The position numbers were made by a program, and so were the translations under genes. Below are positions 1 to 8,823 of a stretch of DNA of 64,000 bases, piece by piece; position 1 is the first letter of the stretch; each line of letters opens with the position of its first letter. A model generated the notes under the pieces. That model was given only the letters and a program-made list of their open reading frames with translations, did no database searches and was not told the origin of the DNA. The stretch is from an uncultured beta proteobacterium (GTDB taxonomy: Bacteria; Pseudomonadota; Gammaproteobacteria; Burkholderiales; SHXO01): the NCBI GenBank assembly GCA_963705615.1, contig CAVPKE010000004.1, positions 414,535-478,534 on the forward strand, written 5' to 3'.

Positions 1-52
1 ACGTTCGGCGTCACAACGCGCCATAACGACCCGACCATTCATGGTGTAACGC

Positions 53-472
53 ATGAGAGCACAAGCACACGAGCGCTTCTCGTCGGAGGTCACACTCACT
101 CCCGCGATAGTTGCCGAGTACGCGCATGCCGTCGGCGATACTAATCCGATTCACCATGACCCCGAGGTCGCGGCATCAAGTCGCTATGGCCGTCTCATCG
201 CTAGCGGAACACACACGACCGCCCTTCTGCTTGGACTGACCGCATCACACTTCTCAAAGAAAGGATCGATGCTCGGTCTGGAGTTCTGGGTTCGCTTTCG
301 CCGACCCGTCTTCGCGGACGAGAGGATCAAACTGGAGTGGCTGGTGATAAAGGTTACCCCTAACGCGAAGCTCAAGGGTGACGTCGTTGAGCTTCGAGGT
401 CGCATAAAGGGCGAGAACGGAGAAACTGCCTTAGGTGCCAAGGGGCGTGTCTTAGTTACGGAGCGGCTTTAG
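53..472 (+). CDS. MaoC-like (R)-hydratase / hotdog-fold protein (cassette 4-583)
   Basis: 139-aa ORF with ATG start. Hotdog/MaoC pattern (AHAVGDTNPIHHDPEVA...GRLIASG). Confidence 0.85.
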   Translation: MRAQAHERFSSEVTLTPAIVAEYAHAVGDTNPIHHDPEVAASSRYGRLIASGTHTTALLLGLTASHFSKKGSMLGLEFWVRFRRPVFADERIKLEWLVIKVTPNAKLKGDVVELRGRIKGENGETALGAKGRVLVTERL

Positions 473-493
473 CCGCACCTGTAGACACATGAC

Positions 494-589
494 GCCGAAC
501 CAGGCAATCGAGGGGAGTGCTGAACAGCGTTGCTGTTCAGTACCCTCGTCGCTTCGCTCCTTGGCGCCACCTCATTGCCGGCGTTAGGC
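494..589 (+). mobile_element. attC site (96 bp)
   Basis: GCCGAAC-CAGGC-AATCGAG ... CTCATTG-CCGGC-GTTAGGC, with central palindrome TGAACAGC/GCTGTTCA and an unpaired C in the left arm. The inverse core complements GTTCGGC at 3-9. Confidence 0.85.
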
Positions 590-596
590 TTCTGCT

Positions 597-1361
597 TTGG
601 ACCCACTAGCTCAGCAAACACTCACAGTTCTTGAGAATGCGTTTCGGCGACTTGAGCAACAGGTGCCGCCGCCACGAATCGTGAGCATTGACGGTCAGAT
701 GGCGGTCCGTTACGAGGAACAACTAATCGAGCAAGCCCTCATTCAGAAGCTTGCGCGATACATCAGTTCTCTTGATGCAACCTACGTGCTTCTTCAGCAC
801 GGATTCTTGCAAGAGCAAGGAGTACTTCAAAGAACCCTTGATGAAATTAGCGAAGACATAACGTTCTTGGCTGTCGCAATAACTAACGATGCACCCACCG
901 ATCTCCACAAACGCTACCTCAGCGCATTTTGGTCCGAGGAATTTGCGGACAGCGCCAATCCAGTTGAATCACTGATCGATCGCGACATGGTTCCGCGAAA
1001 GAAGATACGGGCGTATGTTTCTAGAATCTTGGAACCTACCCCAAATCCTTCACGCGATCTCGCCGTATCAAAGACAATAAGCAAAGCCTATTCTGGATTC
1101 GTTCACAGTGCCTCTCCGCATCTTATGGAAATGTGCATTGGCGACCCGCCGAAGTTTCGTGTGCGTGGAATGCTGGAAACACCAAGAGTGGAGGATCATG
1201 ACTTCGACGTCTGGAATTATTTCTATCGTGGCCTCGTTAGCGCCACTATCGTCGCGAAGGCGTTTGGGGATGCTTCCCTGGTTAAAGCGCTGCTCGAATA
1301 TAGTTTCAAGTTTCAGCAGCAATGCGGGAGGGAGTTTGGTGCTAAGCCACCCGAAGCCTAA
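597..1361 (+). CDS. Hypothetical protein (cassette 584-1446)
   Basis: 254-aa ORF fills the cassette. Its TAA stop lies inside inverse core GCCTAAC. No family recognised; the TTG start is uncertain. Confidence 0.6.
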   Translation: MDPLAQQTLTVLENAFRRLEQQVPPPRIVSIDGQMAVRYEEQLIEQALIQKLARYISSLDATYVLLQHGFLQEQGVLQRTLDEISEDITFLAVAITNDAPTDLHKRYLSAFWSEEFADSANPVESLIDRDMVPRKKIRAYVSRILEPTPNPSRDLAVSKTISKAYSGFVHSASPHLMEMCIGDPPKFRVRGMLETPRVEDHDFDVWNYFYRGLVSATIVAKAFGDASLVKALLEYSFKFQQQCGREFGAKPPEA

Positions 1362-1452
1362 CCCTCAGTTCCAGGTGAGCGCCGAGCGGCGGCGCCGCTC
1401 GGTGACCCGTCGCGCTTCGCGCACCGGCGCCCCCTGAACTGCGACGTTAGGC
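1356..1452 (+). mobile_element. attC site (97 bp)
   Basis: GCCTAAC-CCTCA-GTTCCAG ... CCTGAAC-TGCGAC-GTTAGGC with a GC-rich central palindrome. The inverse core complements GTTAGGC at 583-589. Confidence 0.85.
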
Positions 1453-1460
1453 GGCTTGAA

Positions 1461-1934
1461 ATGGGCGCTCTTGCGATCATCAAAGGATGGTGGAGGAACA
1501 CCAAGGACCTACCCTTTCCATTAGACATGCTTTGCCAGGGCGCAATGATCGCAGGGCCCATTCTGTTTGTGTTCCTGGTGCTACCGATCGTCGACTGGAC
1601 AATCAACGGTCGTCAAATGTCGTACGCTGAACTTTGGAAGTCGGGTGCTGGTCTTGCATTCGGACTATTTCTTTTCCTAATCATGATCGGCGCTTGGGGT
1701 TTGGCGGCGCGCAATCTCAGGAGCCGCTGGGCGCTCGTCGCTGCGCCAATCGCACCATACATCGCATCGGTACCATTCCTTAACTCCGGGCTGCTTTCGA
1801 CAGAAGACCTTTGGTTTGGCATCCTCGGCGGCTTGTTGATGGCCGCAATCACGTACGCATGCCTATTTCACGTACCTGCCGTTCGTCGCTATTTCGCTGG
1901 TGGCCCGGATGCTCATGACCGTCAATCCGCCTAA
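1461..1934 (+). CDS. Hypothetical multi-pass membrane protein (cassette 1447-2012)
   Basis: 157-aa ORF with ATG start and several hydrophobic segments. The stop lies inside inverse core GCCTAAC. Confidence 0.6.
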   Translation: MGALAIIKGWWRNTKDLPFPLDMLCQGAMIAGPILFVFLVLPIVDWTINGRQMSYAELWKSGAGLAFGLFLFLIMIGAWGLAARNLRSRWALVAAPIAPYIASVPFLNSGLLSTEDLWFGILGGLLMAAITYACLFHVPAVRRYFAGGPDAHDRQSA

Positions 1935-2018
1935 CAGCACGCCCCACCCGGACGCGCACGCGAGCGCCGCGCTGTGCCAGCGTTGGTGGGCGCGCGCCGG
2001 TGGGCGTGGACGTTGGGC
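1929..2018 (+). mobile_element. attC site (90 bp)
   Basis: GCCTAAC-AGCAC-GCCCCAC ... GTGGGC-GTGGAC-GTTGGGC. The flank CAATCCGCCTAAC matches the reverse complement of cassette start GTTAGGCGGCTTG at 12 of 13 positions. Confidence 0.85.
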
Positions 2019-2041
2019 GTACACTCCTCACAGGGAGATCA

Positions 2042-2662
2042 ATGCCGACCAATGATCAATTCAGCGAGGAAGTCGTCAGTCTTGCGGATGAGGAATTGAT
2101 TGACCGCTTGCGCTCAGGGAATCTGACGGAGGTGGCTGCAGACATCGTTCGTCAAGAACTCGCCGCGAGGGATATAGATGTAGCGAGTGCGCTGGCTCAG
2201 CCCGCTCAAGGCGCCCCTCCGCCTCTCCGCATTTCTGTCGCTACCCGAGGAAGATTCGTTGCTTTCTTGGGGCGTGCTTCGCGGTTTCCACTGCGGGCCG
2301 TCTTGGGCGCCGAACCGCTTTGGGCGGTCATCGTGTTCGGGGGAATACTTTTCTTTCTCCTGTTCAAGTTGATCGTGTACGGTCTCACGCAGTTGCTGGC
2401 CGTAAGGCCTATGCCGCCGTATGCACTTCCGCTCGCTTACGCTGCAATGGCTCTCATCGCGCTGGCGATGACTTGGTTTGCATTGGCGCTCTGGCGCAGC
2501 GCGAGGCGAGCGAAATCTTCTTTTTGGAAAATTGCAGTCCGCGTACTTGCGGTGCTAGTTGCGCTGAATGCTGTGTTCGGAACTCTGGGTGGAATGCGTG
2601 TAATGCAAAAGTATTTCAATTCCCCTCCGGCGAGCGTTATGGATTCCATTCCAAAACAGTGA
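2042..2662 (+). CDS. Hypothetical membrane protein with soluble N-terminal domain
   Basis: I took the ATG at 2042 as the start because the track start at 2000 lies inside attC. The C-terminal half is hydrophobic. Confidence 0.6.
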   Translation: MPTNDQFSEEVVSLADEELIDRLRSGNLTEVAADIVRQELAARDIDVASALAQPAQGAPPPLRISVATRGRFVAFLGRASRFPLRAVLGAEPLWAVIVFGGILFFLLFKLIVYGLTQLLAVRPMPPYALPLAYAAMALIALAMTWFALALWRSARRAKSSFWKIAVRVLAVLVALNAVFGTLGGMRVMQKYFNSPPASVMDSIPKQ

Positions 2663-2698
2663 AGGATCAGTGCTTTTGGCAGTAGTGGTACGTTGGGC
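2651..2698 (+). mobile_element. Atypical short attC-like element / extra core-site copy
   Basis: CCAAAAC ... GGTAC-GTTGGGC, only 48 bp. The core plus spacer resemble those at 2012 and 5000, but the left arm is poor. Confidence 0.35.
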
Positions 2699-2944
2699 AT
2701 CACGGATGTCTGTGAGCGCGGTGGAGACAGCCCAGGCTCTAAGGCTCGTACACTGATCGCCCGACGGAGTAGACTAGTTAGCGCGCCGCGATACAAGAAG
2801 GGATAGGGAATCAGCTGTTCGGCTGCTCCTACGCTGTACCTTTGGGCCGCAGGCCCGCTCTTTCGGTACCTACCTGTACCACTCTGCAAGCCAGTCAACG
2901 ACTCGTGCGCTGCACGCACTGACTGCCGTGCGCAGTTCATTTCT

Positions 2945-3415
2945 ATGGGGGAAGCCATGAAGCGATCGATTGTTGCGCTGCTCGCTTTGACTATTGGGGG
3001 ATTCGGTGGTGGGGTCTGGGCAGGACCCGCGGAGGAAGTTGCCCAGATCGCCACGCCGAGGTTGCAGGCCCTACAAGACGGAAACCTGGATGCGTATATG
3101 GCTGCGTTCGCCGATAACGCCGTGTTCCAGTCCGCGCTGTCGGCATTCCGCGTCGAGGGCAAGGAGGCAATACGAGCACATTTCACGGAATTGTTTGGTA
3201 TATACCCAAAGCGTCGCGTCCTGCCCCGGCAGTCGACCACGCGCGTGTACAACGATGATTTGGTGATTACGAACAGCTATTCGGTCCTCTACTTGACCAA
3301 CCAACAGGGGCAGGTGGTGACCTACCCGCTGCGAAGTAGCGTGGTTTGGGCAAAGATCGGAGGACGGTGGCAGATCGTCGATCAGCACGGCTCGCGGCTA
3401 CCGGTCGCACCGTAG
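2945..3415 (+). CDS. NTF2-like (SnoaL/DUF4440-type) protein with signal peptide
   Basis: 156-aa ORF. Signal-like N-terminus MKRSIVALLALTIGG..WA. NTF2-like pattern ending WAKIGGRWQIVDQH. Confidence 0.75.
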   Translation: MGEAMKRSIVALLALTIGGFGGGVWAGPAEEVAQIATPRLQALQDGNLDAYMAAFADNAVFQSALSAFRVEGKEAIRAHFTELFGIYPKRRVLPRQSTTRVYNDDLVITNSYSVLYLTNQQGQVVTYPLRSSVVWAKIGGRWQIVDQHGSRLPVAP

Positions 3416-3459
3416 GCCGACTCGGCACTCGGCGCTGTACCTCAGCCCGAACGCGTGCC

Positions 3460-3491
3460 GCCCAACAACCAGTTCCACCGGGGCGTTAGGT
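3460..3491 (+). mobile_element. Truncated attC (inverse core and core only 32 bp apart)
   Basis: GCCCAAC at 3460 complements the GTTGGGC cores at 2012 and 2692. GTTAGGT at 3485 opens the next cassette. The internal arms appear deleted. Confidence 0.4.
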
Positions 3492-3536
3492 GGCCCACCG
3501 CTGGGCCGTCCCACTGACCAAGCAGCGAGGAATGTA

Positions 3537-4184
3537 GTGTCGAAACTCCGCGTCCAAAGCTTCGCGATTTCCATCGACGGCTACGGTGCTGGGCCGAACC
3601 AAGATCTCCAGAATCCGCTCGGCGTCAGGGGCCCTGAGTTGATGGAGTGGTTCTTCCACACACGCGTATGGCGGAGGATGCACGGCCATGACGATGGAGA
3701 GACGGGAGTCGATAACGGAATTGCGGAGCAAGGCTTTGCCGGAATCGGTGCCTGGATTCTTGGGCGCAACATGTTCGGTCCTGTCCGAGGCCCGTGGCCG
3801 GACGACAGCTGGAAGGGCTGGTGGGGCGACGAGCCGCCGTATCACACGCCCGTCTTCGTGCTGACGCATCACCCGCGGGCGCCGCTTAGGATGGCGGGAG
3901 GTACGGAGTTTCGCTTTGTCACCGAAGGCATTCACGCCGCTTTGGAGCAGGCGACCGCTGCAGCGGGCGGCCGCGACGTCCGCCTCGGTGGCGGCGTATC
4001 CACTATTCGGCAGTATCTGCGCGCCGCCCTGATTGACGAGCTGCATCTCGCCATCCGACCTGTCTTACTCGGTTCCGGGGAGCATCTCTTGAACGACATC
4101 GATATGCGTGCTTTGGGCTATGAATGCGCGAAGTACGTCGCGGGCGAACGTGCGACCCACGTCTTTCTGCGCAAGCGCGCGTGA
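3537..4184 (+). CDS. RibD C-terminal domain / dihydrofolate-reductase-like family protein (cassette 3486-4293)
   Basis: 215-aa ORF with GTG start. Family pattern FAISIDGYGAGPNQ ... WILGRNMF ... VFVLTHH ... LGGG.STIRQYL. Confidence 0.8.
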   Translation: MSKLRVQSFAISIDGYGAGPNQDLQNPLGVRGPELMEWFFHTRVWRRMHGHDDGETGVDNGIAEQGFAGIGAWILGRNMFGPVRGPWPDDSWKGWWGDEPPYHTPVFVLTHHPRAPLRMAGGTEFRFVTEGIHAALEQATAAAGGRDVRLGGGVSTIRQYLRAALIDELHLAIRPVLLGSGEHLLNDIDMRALGYECAKYVAGERATHVFLRKRA

Positions 4185-4208
4185 CCCGTCCGGCTCGCTC
4201 GGTGGGCC

Positions 4209-4299
4209 ACCTAACCCCTCAATGCAGCGGACGGGCCGCAAGCGCCTCGCCTATTCGAGCGCTGTGCGGCCGGCCCGCCGCAGATTTCCGACGTTAGAC
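4209..4299 (+). mobile_element. attC site (91 bp)
   Basis: ACCTAAC ... CCGAC-GTTAGAC. GGTGGGCCACCTAAC (4201-4215) is the exact reverse complement of cassette start GTTAGGTGGCCCACC (3485-3499). Confidence 0.8.
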
Positions 4300-4337
4300 G
4301 GCTCGCCCGGCATTGCTCCGTGCAGTAGGCTCTACAC

Positions 4338-4934
4338 ATGAACCATCCATTGCGGTGCCAGTGCGGCACTTTGAGAGGCTACGTCAGCCACCCCGAGCGA
4401 GTGAACCGGGGCGTCTGCTACTGCAAAGACTGTCAAGCCTATGCGCACTTTCTAGGCAAAGCTGGTGACATTTTGGACGAGATGGGAGGAACGGACGTCG
4501 TCGCAACCCTTCCCAAGTACCTCACCTTCACCCAAGGATTGGAGGCCCTCGCTTGCATGTCCCTCACAGAAAATGGACTTCTGCGTTGGTATGCGAGTTG
4601 CTGCAACACTCCGATTGGCAACACCCGGCGCGATTTCAGGATCTCTTTTGTTGGCCTCGTTCACACCTGCCTGGAAGATCCATCGATCACCTTAGAAAGT
4701 TCTTTCGGCCCCGTCCGCATGCGGGTCAATACAAAGAACGCCAAGGGCAGGCCAAAGTCAATGCCGATAAGCACAATCGCAGCGGTTCTTCGGTTCATGA
4801 AATCACTGATCCGCGCGCGCCTGGATAACAGCTACAAGTGCACGCCGTTCTTTGCTCCGGATCGGGGAACCCCTGTTGTACCACCAAAGGTGCTCACCCG
4901 TAGCGAGCGAGATCGAGTGATGAATGCCGTCTAA
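4338..4934 (+). CDS. Cys-rich GFA/CENP-V-like (DUF6151-type) protein (cassette 4294-5000)
   Basis: 198-aa ORF with ATG start. Paired Cys motifs CQC...CYCKDC...CCNTPIG are typical of zinc-binding GFA-fold proteins. Confidence 0.6.
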   Translation: MNHPLRCQCGTLRGYVSHPERVNRGVCYCKDCQAYAHFLGKAGDILDEMGGTDVVATLPKYLTFTQGLEALACMSLTENGLLRWYASCCNTPIGNTRRDFRISFVGLVHTCLEDPSITLESSFGPVRMRVNTKNAKGRPKSMPISTIAAVLRFMKSLIRARLDNSYKCTPFFAPDRGTPVVPPKVLTRSERDRVMNAV

Positions 4935-5006
4935 CCCCTCCGTCGAGGCGAGGCCCAACGGCGGGCTTCGTCCACCGTCGGCCCCGCCTCACGTCGAACG
5001 TTGGGC
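4929..5006 (+). mobile_element. attC site (78 bp)
   Basis: GTCTAAC-CCCTC-CGTCGAG ... CTCACG-TCGAAC-GTTGGGC. The inverse core complements GTTAGAC at 4293, and the TAA stop lies inside the inverse core. Confidence 0.85.
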
Positions 5007-5042
5007 ATCGGGAACACAATTCGCCTATCGGAGCCATCGAAC

Positions 5043-5393
5043 GTGAATGCCATCAACCTTGCAGAGAAGCTCGCCACCTTCGCCGAGCACTGGCAGCCAA
5101 GAACCGTCGGCCAGTTCAACAAGCACGACCTCATGGTGGTCAAGGTCAAGGGTGAGTTCGTCTGGCACAAACATGACGACACTGATGATTTCTTCCTCGT
5201 GCTTAAGGGTCGGGTCACAATCCGGATGCGAGACCGAAACATCACCCTTGGTCCGGGCGAACTGTTCGTGGTGCCCAAGGGCGTAGAGCATTGTCCTGTC
5301 GCAGAGGAAGAGGCGCACTTGCTTCTGATCGAGCCAACAGGGACGCCAAATACCGGCAACACTGAAACCGCTGCTCCTCGACGTGTGATCTAG
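5043..5393 (+). CDS. Cupin-domain protein (last recognisable cassette, starts 5001)
   Basis: Cupin motifs GEFVWHKHDDTDDFF.VL.G and PKGVEHCP. GTG 5043 is preferred because the track start at 5001 lies in the attC core. Confidence 0.8.
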   Translation: MNAINLAEKLATFAEHWQPRTVGQFNKHDLMVVKVKGEFVWHKHDDTDDFFLVLKGRVTIRMRDRNITLGPGELFVVPKGVEHCPVAEEEAHLLLIEPTGTPNTGNTETAAPRRVI

Positions 5394-5397
5394 GACG

Positions 5398-5452
5398 ATG
5401 GCAACCACGACGCCGAACCCCACACTCGACTGGAGCGCTGAGGCGCTGCCAA
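5398..5452 (+). mobile_element. Half attC (left arm only) marking end or disruption of the array
   Basis: GATGGCAAC is a degraded complement of GTTGGGCATC at 5000. The left-arm motif ACGCCGAACC matches 492-501, and there is a central palindrome AGCGC-TGAG-GCGCT. No right arm or GTTRRRY core follows. Confidence 0.35.
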
Positions 5453-5512
5453 CCTGGTACTTGTATGTCCTGCGCTCGCTCACCTGGGTCGCGGGGTGAG
5501 CACTCGGACTCG

Positions 5513-6856
5513 ATGCGCCGTTTTCTCTTTGCAACTGCCGGCTCCCTGGGTGATCTACATCCATACATCGCCGTGGCTCGCGCGCTGGTCGAGCGCGGGC
5601 ATCGTGCGGTGATTGCTACGGCCGAGGACTATCGCCCCGATGTAGAGGGTGCCGGGATCGAGTTTGCGCCAGTGCGTCCCAGCTTGTCCGAAATGGGCGA
5701 CTACGAGGCGCTGCTGACGAAGCTTTTCGATGTTCGTCGCGGGCCGGAATACCTCGTGCGCGAATTGATCATGTCCAATTTGCGACCCGGTTACGAAGAT
5801 CTTCTGCAGGCCTCGGATGGCGCCGATTTGCTGATCTCTCATCCGTTGGCCGTGACGCTGCCATTGATTGCGCAGCGCCGTGCGTTGCCTTGGGTCGCCA
5901 GCGTGCTCACCCCAATGAGCTTCATGTCCTCCTACGATCCGCCACTTCTCGGTGTTGCGCCGTGGTTGCGAAAGCTGCGCGCCCTGGGGCCGGAGCCATA
6001 CCGGCTCGTGTTCAACATGTTCAAGCGTAGCGTGCGGGGATGGGAGGCGCCGCTGCGCGAGTTGCGCAAAGACCTCGGACTCCCGCCGTCGACGCGGATG
6101 GCAATGTTCGAAGGACAGTTTTCCCCGCTCCGCAATCTCGCGCTATTCGATCCGCACCTGGCCAAAGCGCAGCCAGACTGGCCGCGACATGTGCGCGTCT
6201 GTGGGGCCCCTGTCTATGATGGGGCGATGCCGGAGGGGGACATCGATAAGGAGCTGGGGGAGTTCCTGGCCGAGGGTGAAGCCCCCATCGTGTTCGCGCT
6301 CGGCTCCTCGGCGGTATGGGTGGCGGGAGATTTTTGGGACAAAGCTGTTGCAGCGGCGCGGCGATTGGGACGACGGGCTGTCCTGGTGACCGGTCCCGTG
6401 ACCGTCAAGAACTTGCCCAGAGAGGTGCGGGCGTTCCCTTACGTTCCCTACTCCAGGGTATTCCCACGTGCCGCAGCAGTCGTACACCAGGCCGGTATCG
6501 GCACACTCGCTCAGGCGATGCGTGCCGGCCGTCCGCAGCTGCTTGTGCCAGTGTCCTTCGACCAGCCAGACAATGCGCGGCGAGCGTCGGCCCTCGGTCT
6601 GGCACGCGCAATTCCATTCAAGAAGGCGACTGCTAGACTGCTTGCGTCCGAGCTCGCAGCCTTGCTCGCGCGACCCGAGTATGCTCACAACGCTGAGGAA
6701 GTCGCCCGAGCCTTGGCAAAAATTGACGGCGCTGCGCAGGCTGCAGATGAGCTGATCGCATGCGCTTATTCTGAGGGCGCCGCTGGCGAGCTGCGCACCT
6801 TTGCTTCGCATGCTAACGGGAAAGGTTATGGGGCTGACCACAGCACGTTTCCTTAG
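5513..6856 (+). CDS. GT1-family UDP-glycosyltransferase (MGT / sterol- or rhamnolipid-type)
   Basis: N-terminus MRRFLFATAGSLGDLHPYIAVARAL..RGH. C-terminal donor-binding region HQAGIGTLAQAMRAGRPQLLVPVSFDQPDNA. Confidence 0.85.
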   Translation: MRRFLFATAGSLGDLHPYIAVARALVERGHRAVIATAEDYRPDVEGAGIEFAPVRPSLSEMGDYEALLTKLFDVRRGPEYLVRELIMSNLRPGYEDLLQASDGADLLISHPLAVTLPLIAQRRALPWVASVLTPMSFMSSYDPPLLGVAPWLRKLRALGPEPYRLVFNMFKRSVRGWEAPLRELRKDLGLPPSTRMAMFEGQFSPLRNLALFDPHLAKAQPDWPRHVRVCGAPVYDGAMPEGDIDKELGEFLAEGEAPIVFALGSSAVWVAGDFWDKAVAAARRLGRRAVLVTGPVTVKNLPREVRAFPYVPYSRVFPRAAAVVHQAGIGTLAQAMRAGRPQLLVPVSFDQPDNARRASALGLARAIPFKKATARLLASELAALLARPEYAHNAEEVARALAKIDGAAQAADELIACAYSEGAAGELRTFASHANGKGYGADHSTFP

Positions 6857-7058
6857 CCTTCTATTCGTGGCATTGGCTTTGGCTCCTGCTCTTGCGCATT
6901 TGTTGGAGCTGCCCAACAAGATTGGCCTCTCTCACGACGATTACCTGACCGTTCAGCAAATCTATAGGGGCTGGGCGTTACTAGGGTTCGTCGTCGCTGG
7001 AGCGCTGTTTGTCAGTGCTCTGTTTCGCCGTCGTCGCACTTTTCATCGCAGCCAATAG
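6828..7058 (+). CDS. Small two-TM membrane protein, probably a truncated gene
   Basis: 76 aa from ATG 6828. Resembles only the N-terminal half of four-TM DUF1772-like proteins. Overlaps the glycosyltransferase stop. Confidence 0.4.
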   Translation: MGLTTARFLSLLFVALALAPALAHLLELPNKIGLSHDDYLTVQQIYRGWALLGFVVAGALFVSALFRRRRTFHRSQ

Positions 7059-7405
7059 TGGTGACGAGACGGAAGTCCCCATTCCTAGGGGTCTGGAGAA
7101 TCGTCGAGATGGAACAGTGGGCTCGCGACTATATTGATCTGGACGGGCCAGGATTCATCAAGTTCGAAAGAAACGGCGGCGGGACTCTTCGATTTGGGGC
7201 GGTGGAAGGCGATTTGGATTGCAGGATCGAAGACCGGAAGGACGAAGTGCGGATAGAGTTTTCATTTGAGGGCCACGACGATGCTGATCCGTGTTTTGGT
7301 CGTGGGTGGGCGGAGATTCGAGGTGAGGAGCTTCGTGGACAGTTATTCATGCACCGTGGGGACGCTTCATGGTTTAAGGCAGTTCGCCCGTCATTTGAGC
7401 CCTAA
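7058..7405 (+). CDS. Hypothetical protein
   Basis: 115-aa ORF. The stop is embedded in CCCTAAC. No family recognised. Confidence 0.5.
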   Translation: MVTRRKSPFLGVWRIVEMEQWARDYIDLDGPGFIKFERNGGGTLRFGAVEGDLDCRIEDRKDEVRIEFSFEGHDDADPCFGRGWAEIRGEELRGQLFMHRGDASWFKAVRPSFEP

Positions 7406-7539
7406 CATCGGCGTGAACCTGACCGCCTAACAGCAGTTGCTCGGCGAACTGGTCCAGCGCAAAGTCGATGTAATCGTGGTGGAGACTACGCCTCCAACCC
7501 AGGCGGTTGGTCAGCAGGATTGAAGCAAGAAAGGGCGCG

Positions 7540-8241
7540 ATGAATCGAACTATCTCCGGCGAAGGGGTAACGACGCTGCCGTCGGGCAAAGTGCCCGAGC
7601 GACGACCGATCGAAGGCAGCCGCGTCATATTGGAGCCGCTAGAGCCCGAGAACCACGCCGAGCTGCTTTACGCGGTATCACACGAGACGGCCGAAGCCAA
7701 AGAGATCTGGAACTTCCTCCCCGATGGTCCCTTCAAAGACCCGGCCAGCTTCAAGGCATGGGCTAGCGCCATGACTGTTGACGCCGACCGCGCCGTATTC
7801 GCGTTCCGCGACAAGGTCACCGACCGCGTTGCGGGAATGGCAACCTACCTGGACATTCGTCCAAGTCACGGCTCTATCGAGATGGGCTACATCTGGTTCG
7901 CGCCATTCTTGCAGCGTACGCCCCAATCGACAGAGGCGCTGTTCCTGATGCTGCGCTATGCGTTCGACGAACTTCAATATCGCCGGATGCAGTGGCGGTG
8001 CAACGCGCTGAATAAGAAGTCCCGGGCTACTGCCCTTAGGCTCGGCTTCACTTTCGAGGGCGTCTTCTACCAACACATGGTCGTAAAGGGTCACAACCGA
8101 GACACCGCTTGGTACTCGATCCTTGATAGCGAGTGGCCGCGCATCCGCGGGAACTTCGAAGCTTGGCTCGCCCCTAGCAACTTTGACGCACAGGGACGCC
8201 AGAGGCAATCGCTAAGGGCGTTGAATGAAAATGCAGCCTAA
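7540..8241 (+). CDS. GNAT N-acetyltransferase (RimJ/RimL-like)
   Basis: Pattern L.PL.P.NH..L...... then a GNAT core ending RLGFTFEGVFYQHMVVKGHNRDTAWYSILD. I took the ATG at 7540. Confidence 0.8.
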   Translation: MNRTISGEGVTTLPSGKVPERRPIEGSRVILEPLEPENHAELLYAVSHETAEAKEIWNFLPDGPFKDPASFKAWASAMTVDADRAVFAFRDKVTDRVAGMATYLDIRPSHGSIEMGYIWFAPFLQRTPQSTEALFLMLRYAFDELQYRRMQWRCNALNKKSRATALRLGFTFEGVFYQHMVVKGHNRDTAWYSILDSEWPRIRGNFEAWLAPSNFDAQGRQRQSLRALNENAA

Positions 8242-8352
8242 GATCCACGTGGAGCCGACCGTCGGCGCAAGCGTTCCTCGCCGATTCACTCGTCGCCCAA
8301 GGCGGTGAAAGGGGTCTGCTCGTTCGACCAACGGAACTGGGAGGGTACGCAC

Positions 8353-8823
8353 ATGTTTACTTGGCTCAAGTCGTGGTTCAGCGCCCCGAAACCTTCGGGC
8401 CCACCCGAGACGATTCGACTGTTCCGCACTACTGACGCGACGTTGACTCAAGGGGACGTCAGGATCGAGCAGGATAGCTGGGCGATCGATACGAAGACAG
8501 ATCAGACGATCCGTCTGTTCGAGGTTCCAAACCCGCAGGCCGAGCAATGCGTCCTCACCTACAGAGCAGGGATGAAGACCGATGGTTTGGCTGGTCGCGC
8601 GTTTCTGGAAATGTGGTGTCGGCTGCCAGGGCGTGGGGAGTTCTTCTCGAAGGGTGTGAACCAGGCGGTCAAGGGGACGACTAACTGGGCTTCCTATGAG
8701 ATCCCCTTTTATCTGAAGAAGGGGCAACGACCCGACCTGATCAAGCTGAATCTGGTCATCGAGGGAAGAGGCAAAGTGTGGATGAAAGACGTTCAACTGC
8801 TCAAGACGCCGTTGAGTTCTTGA
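8353..8823 (+). CDS. Hypothetical protein
   Basis: 156 aa from ATG 8353. No family recognised. Confidence 0.5.
   Translation: MFTWLKSWFSAPKPSGPPETIRLFRTTDATLTQGDVRIEQDSWAIDTKTDQTIRLFEVPNPQAEQCVLTYRAGMKTDGLAGRAFLEMWCRLPGRGEFFSKGVNQAVKGTTNWASYEIPFYLKKGQRPDLIKLNLVIEGRGKVWMKDVQLLKTPLSS

Larger units (their letters stand above)
1..5452 (+). mobile_element. Integron gene-cassette array (partial; window opens inside it, intI/attI expected upstream of position 1)
   Basis: Single-ORF + strand cassettes bounded by attC sites with an RYYYAAC inverse core and a GTTRRRY core. The opening bases of each cassette are the reverse complement of that cassette's own inverse core. Confidence 0.8.

Noticed and set aside
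3537-4184. The DHFR-like cassette gene as a trimethoprim-resistance dfr cassette
   Set aside because: The sequence pattern is that of the RibD C-terminal/YyaP-like reductase family, not DfrA- or DfrB-type enzymes. No resistance inference is justified.
6811-6858. Hairpin GCTAACGGGAAAGG...CGTTTCCTTAGC at the glycosyltransferase stop as an attC site
   Set aside because: The right end reads CTTAGCC rather than GTTRRRY, the element is only 48 bp, and it spans the start codon of the next ORF (6828). I keep it only as a possible terminator or attenuator-like hairpin.
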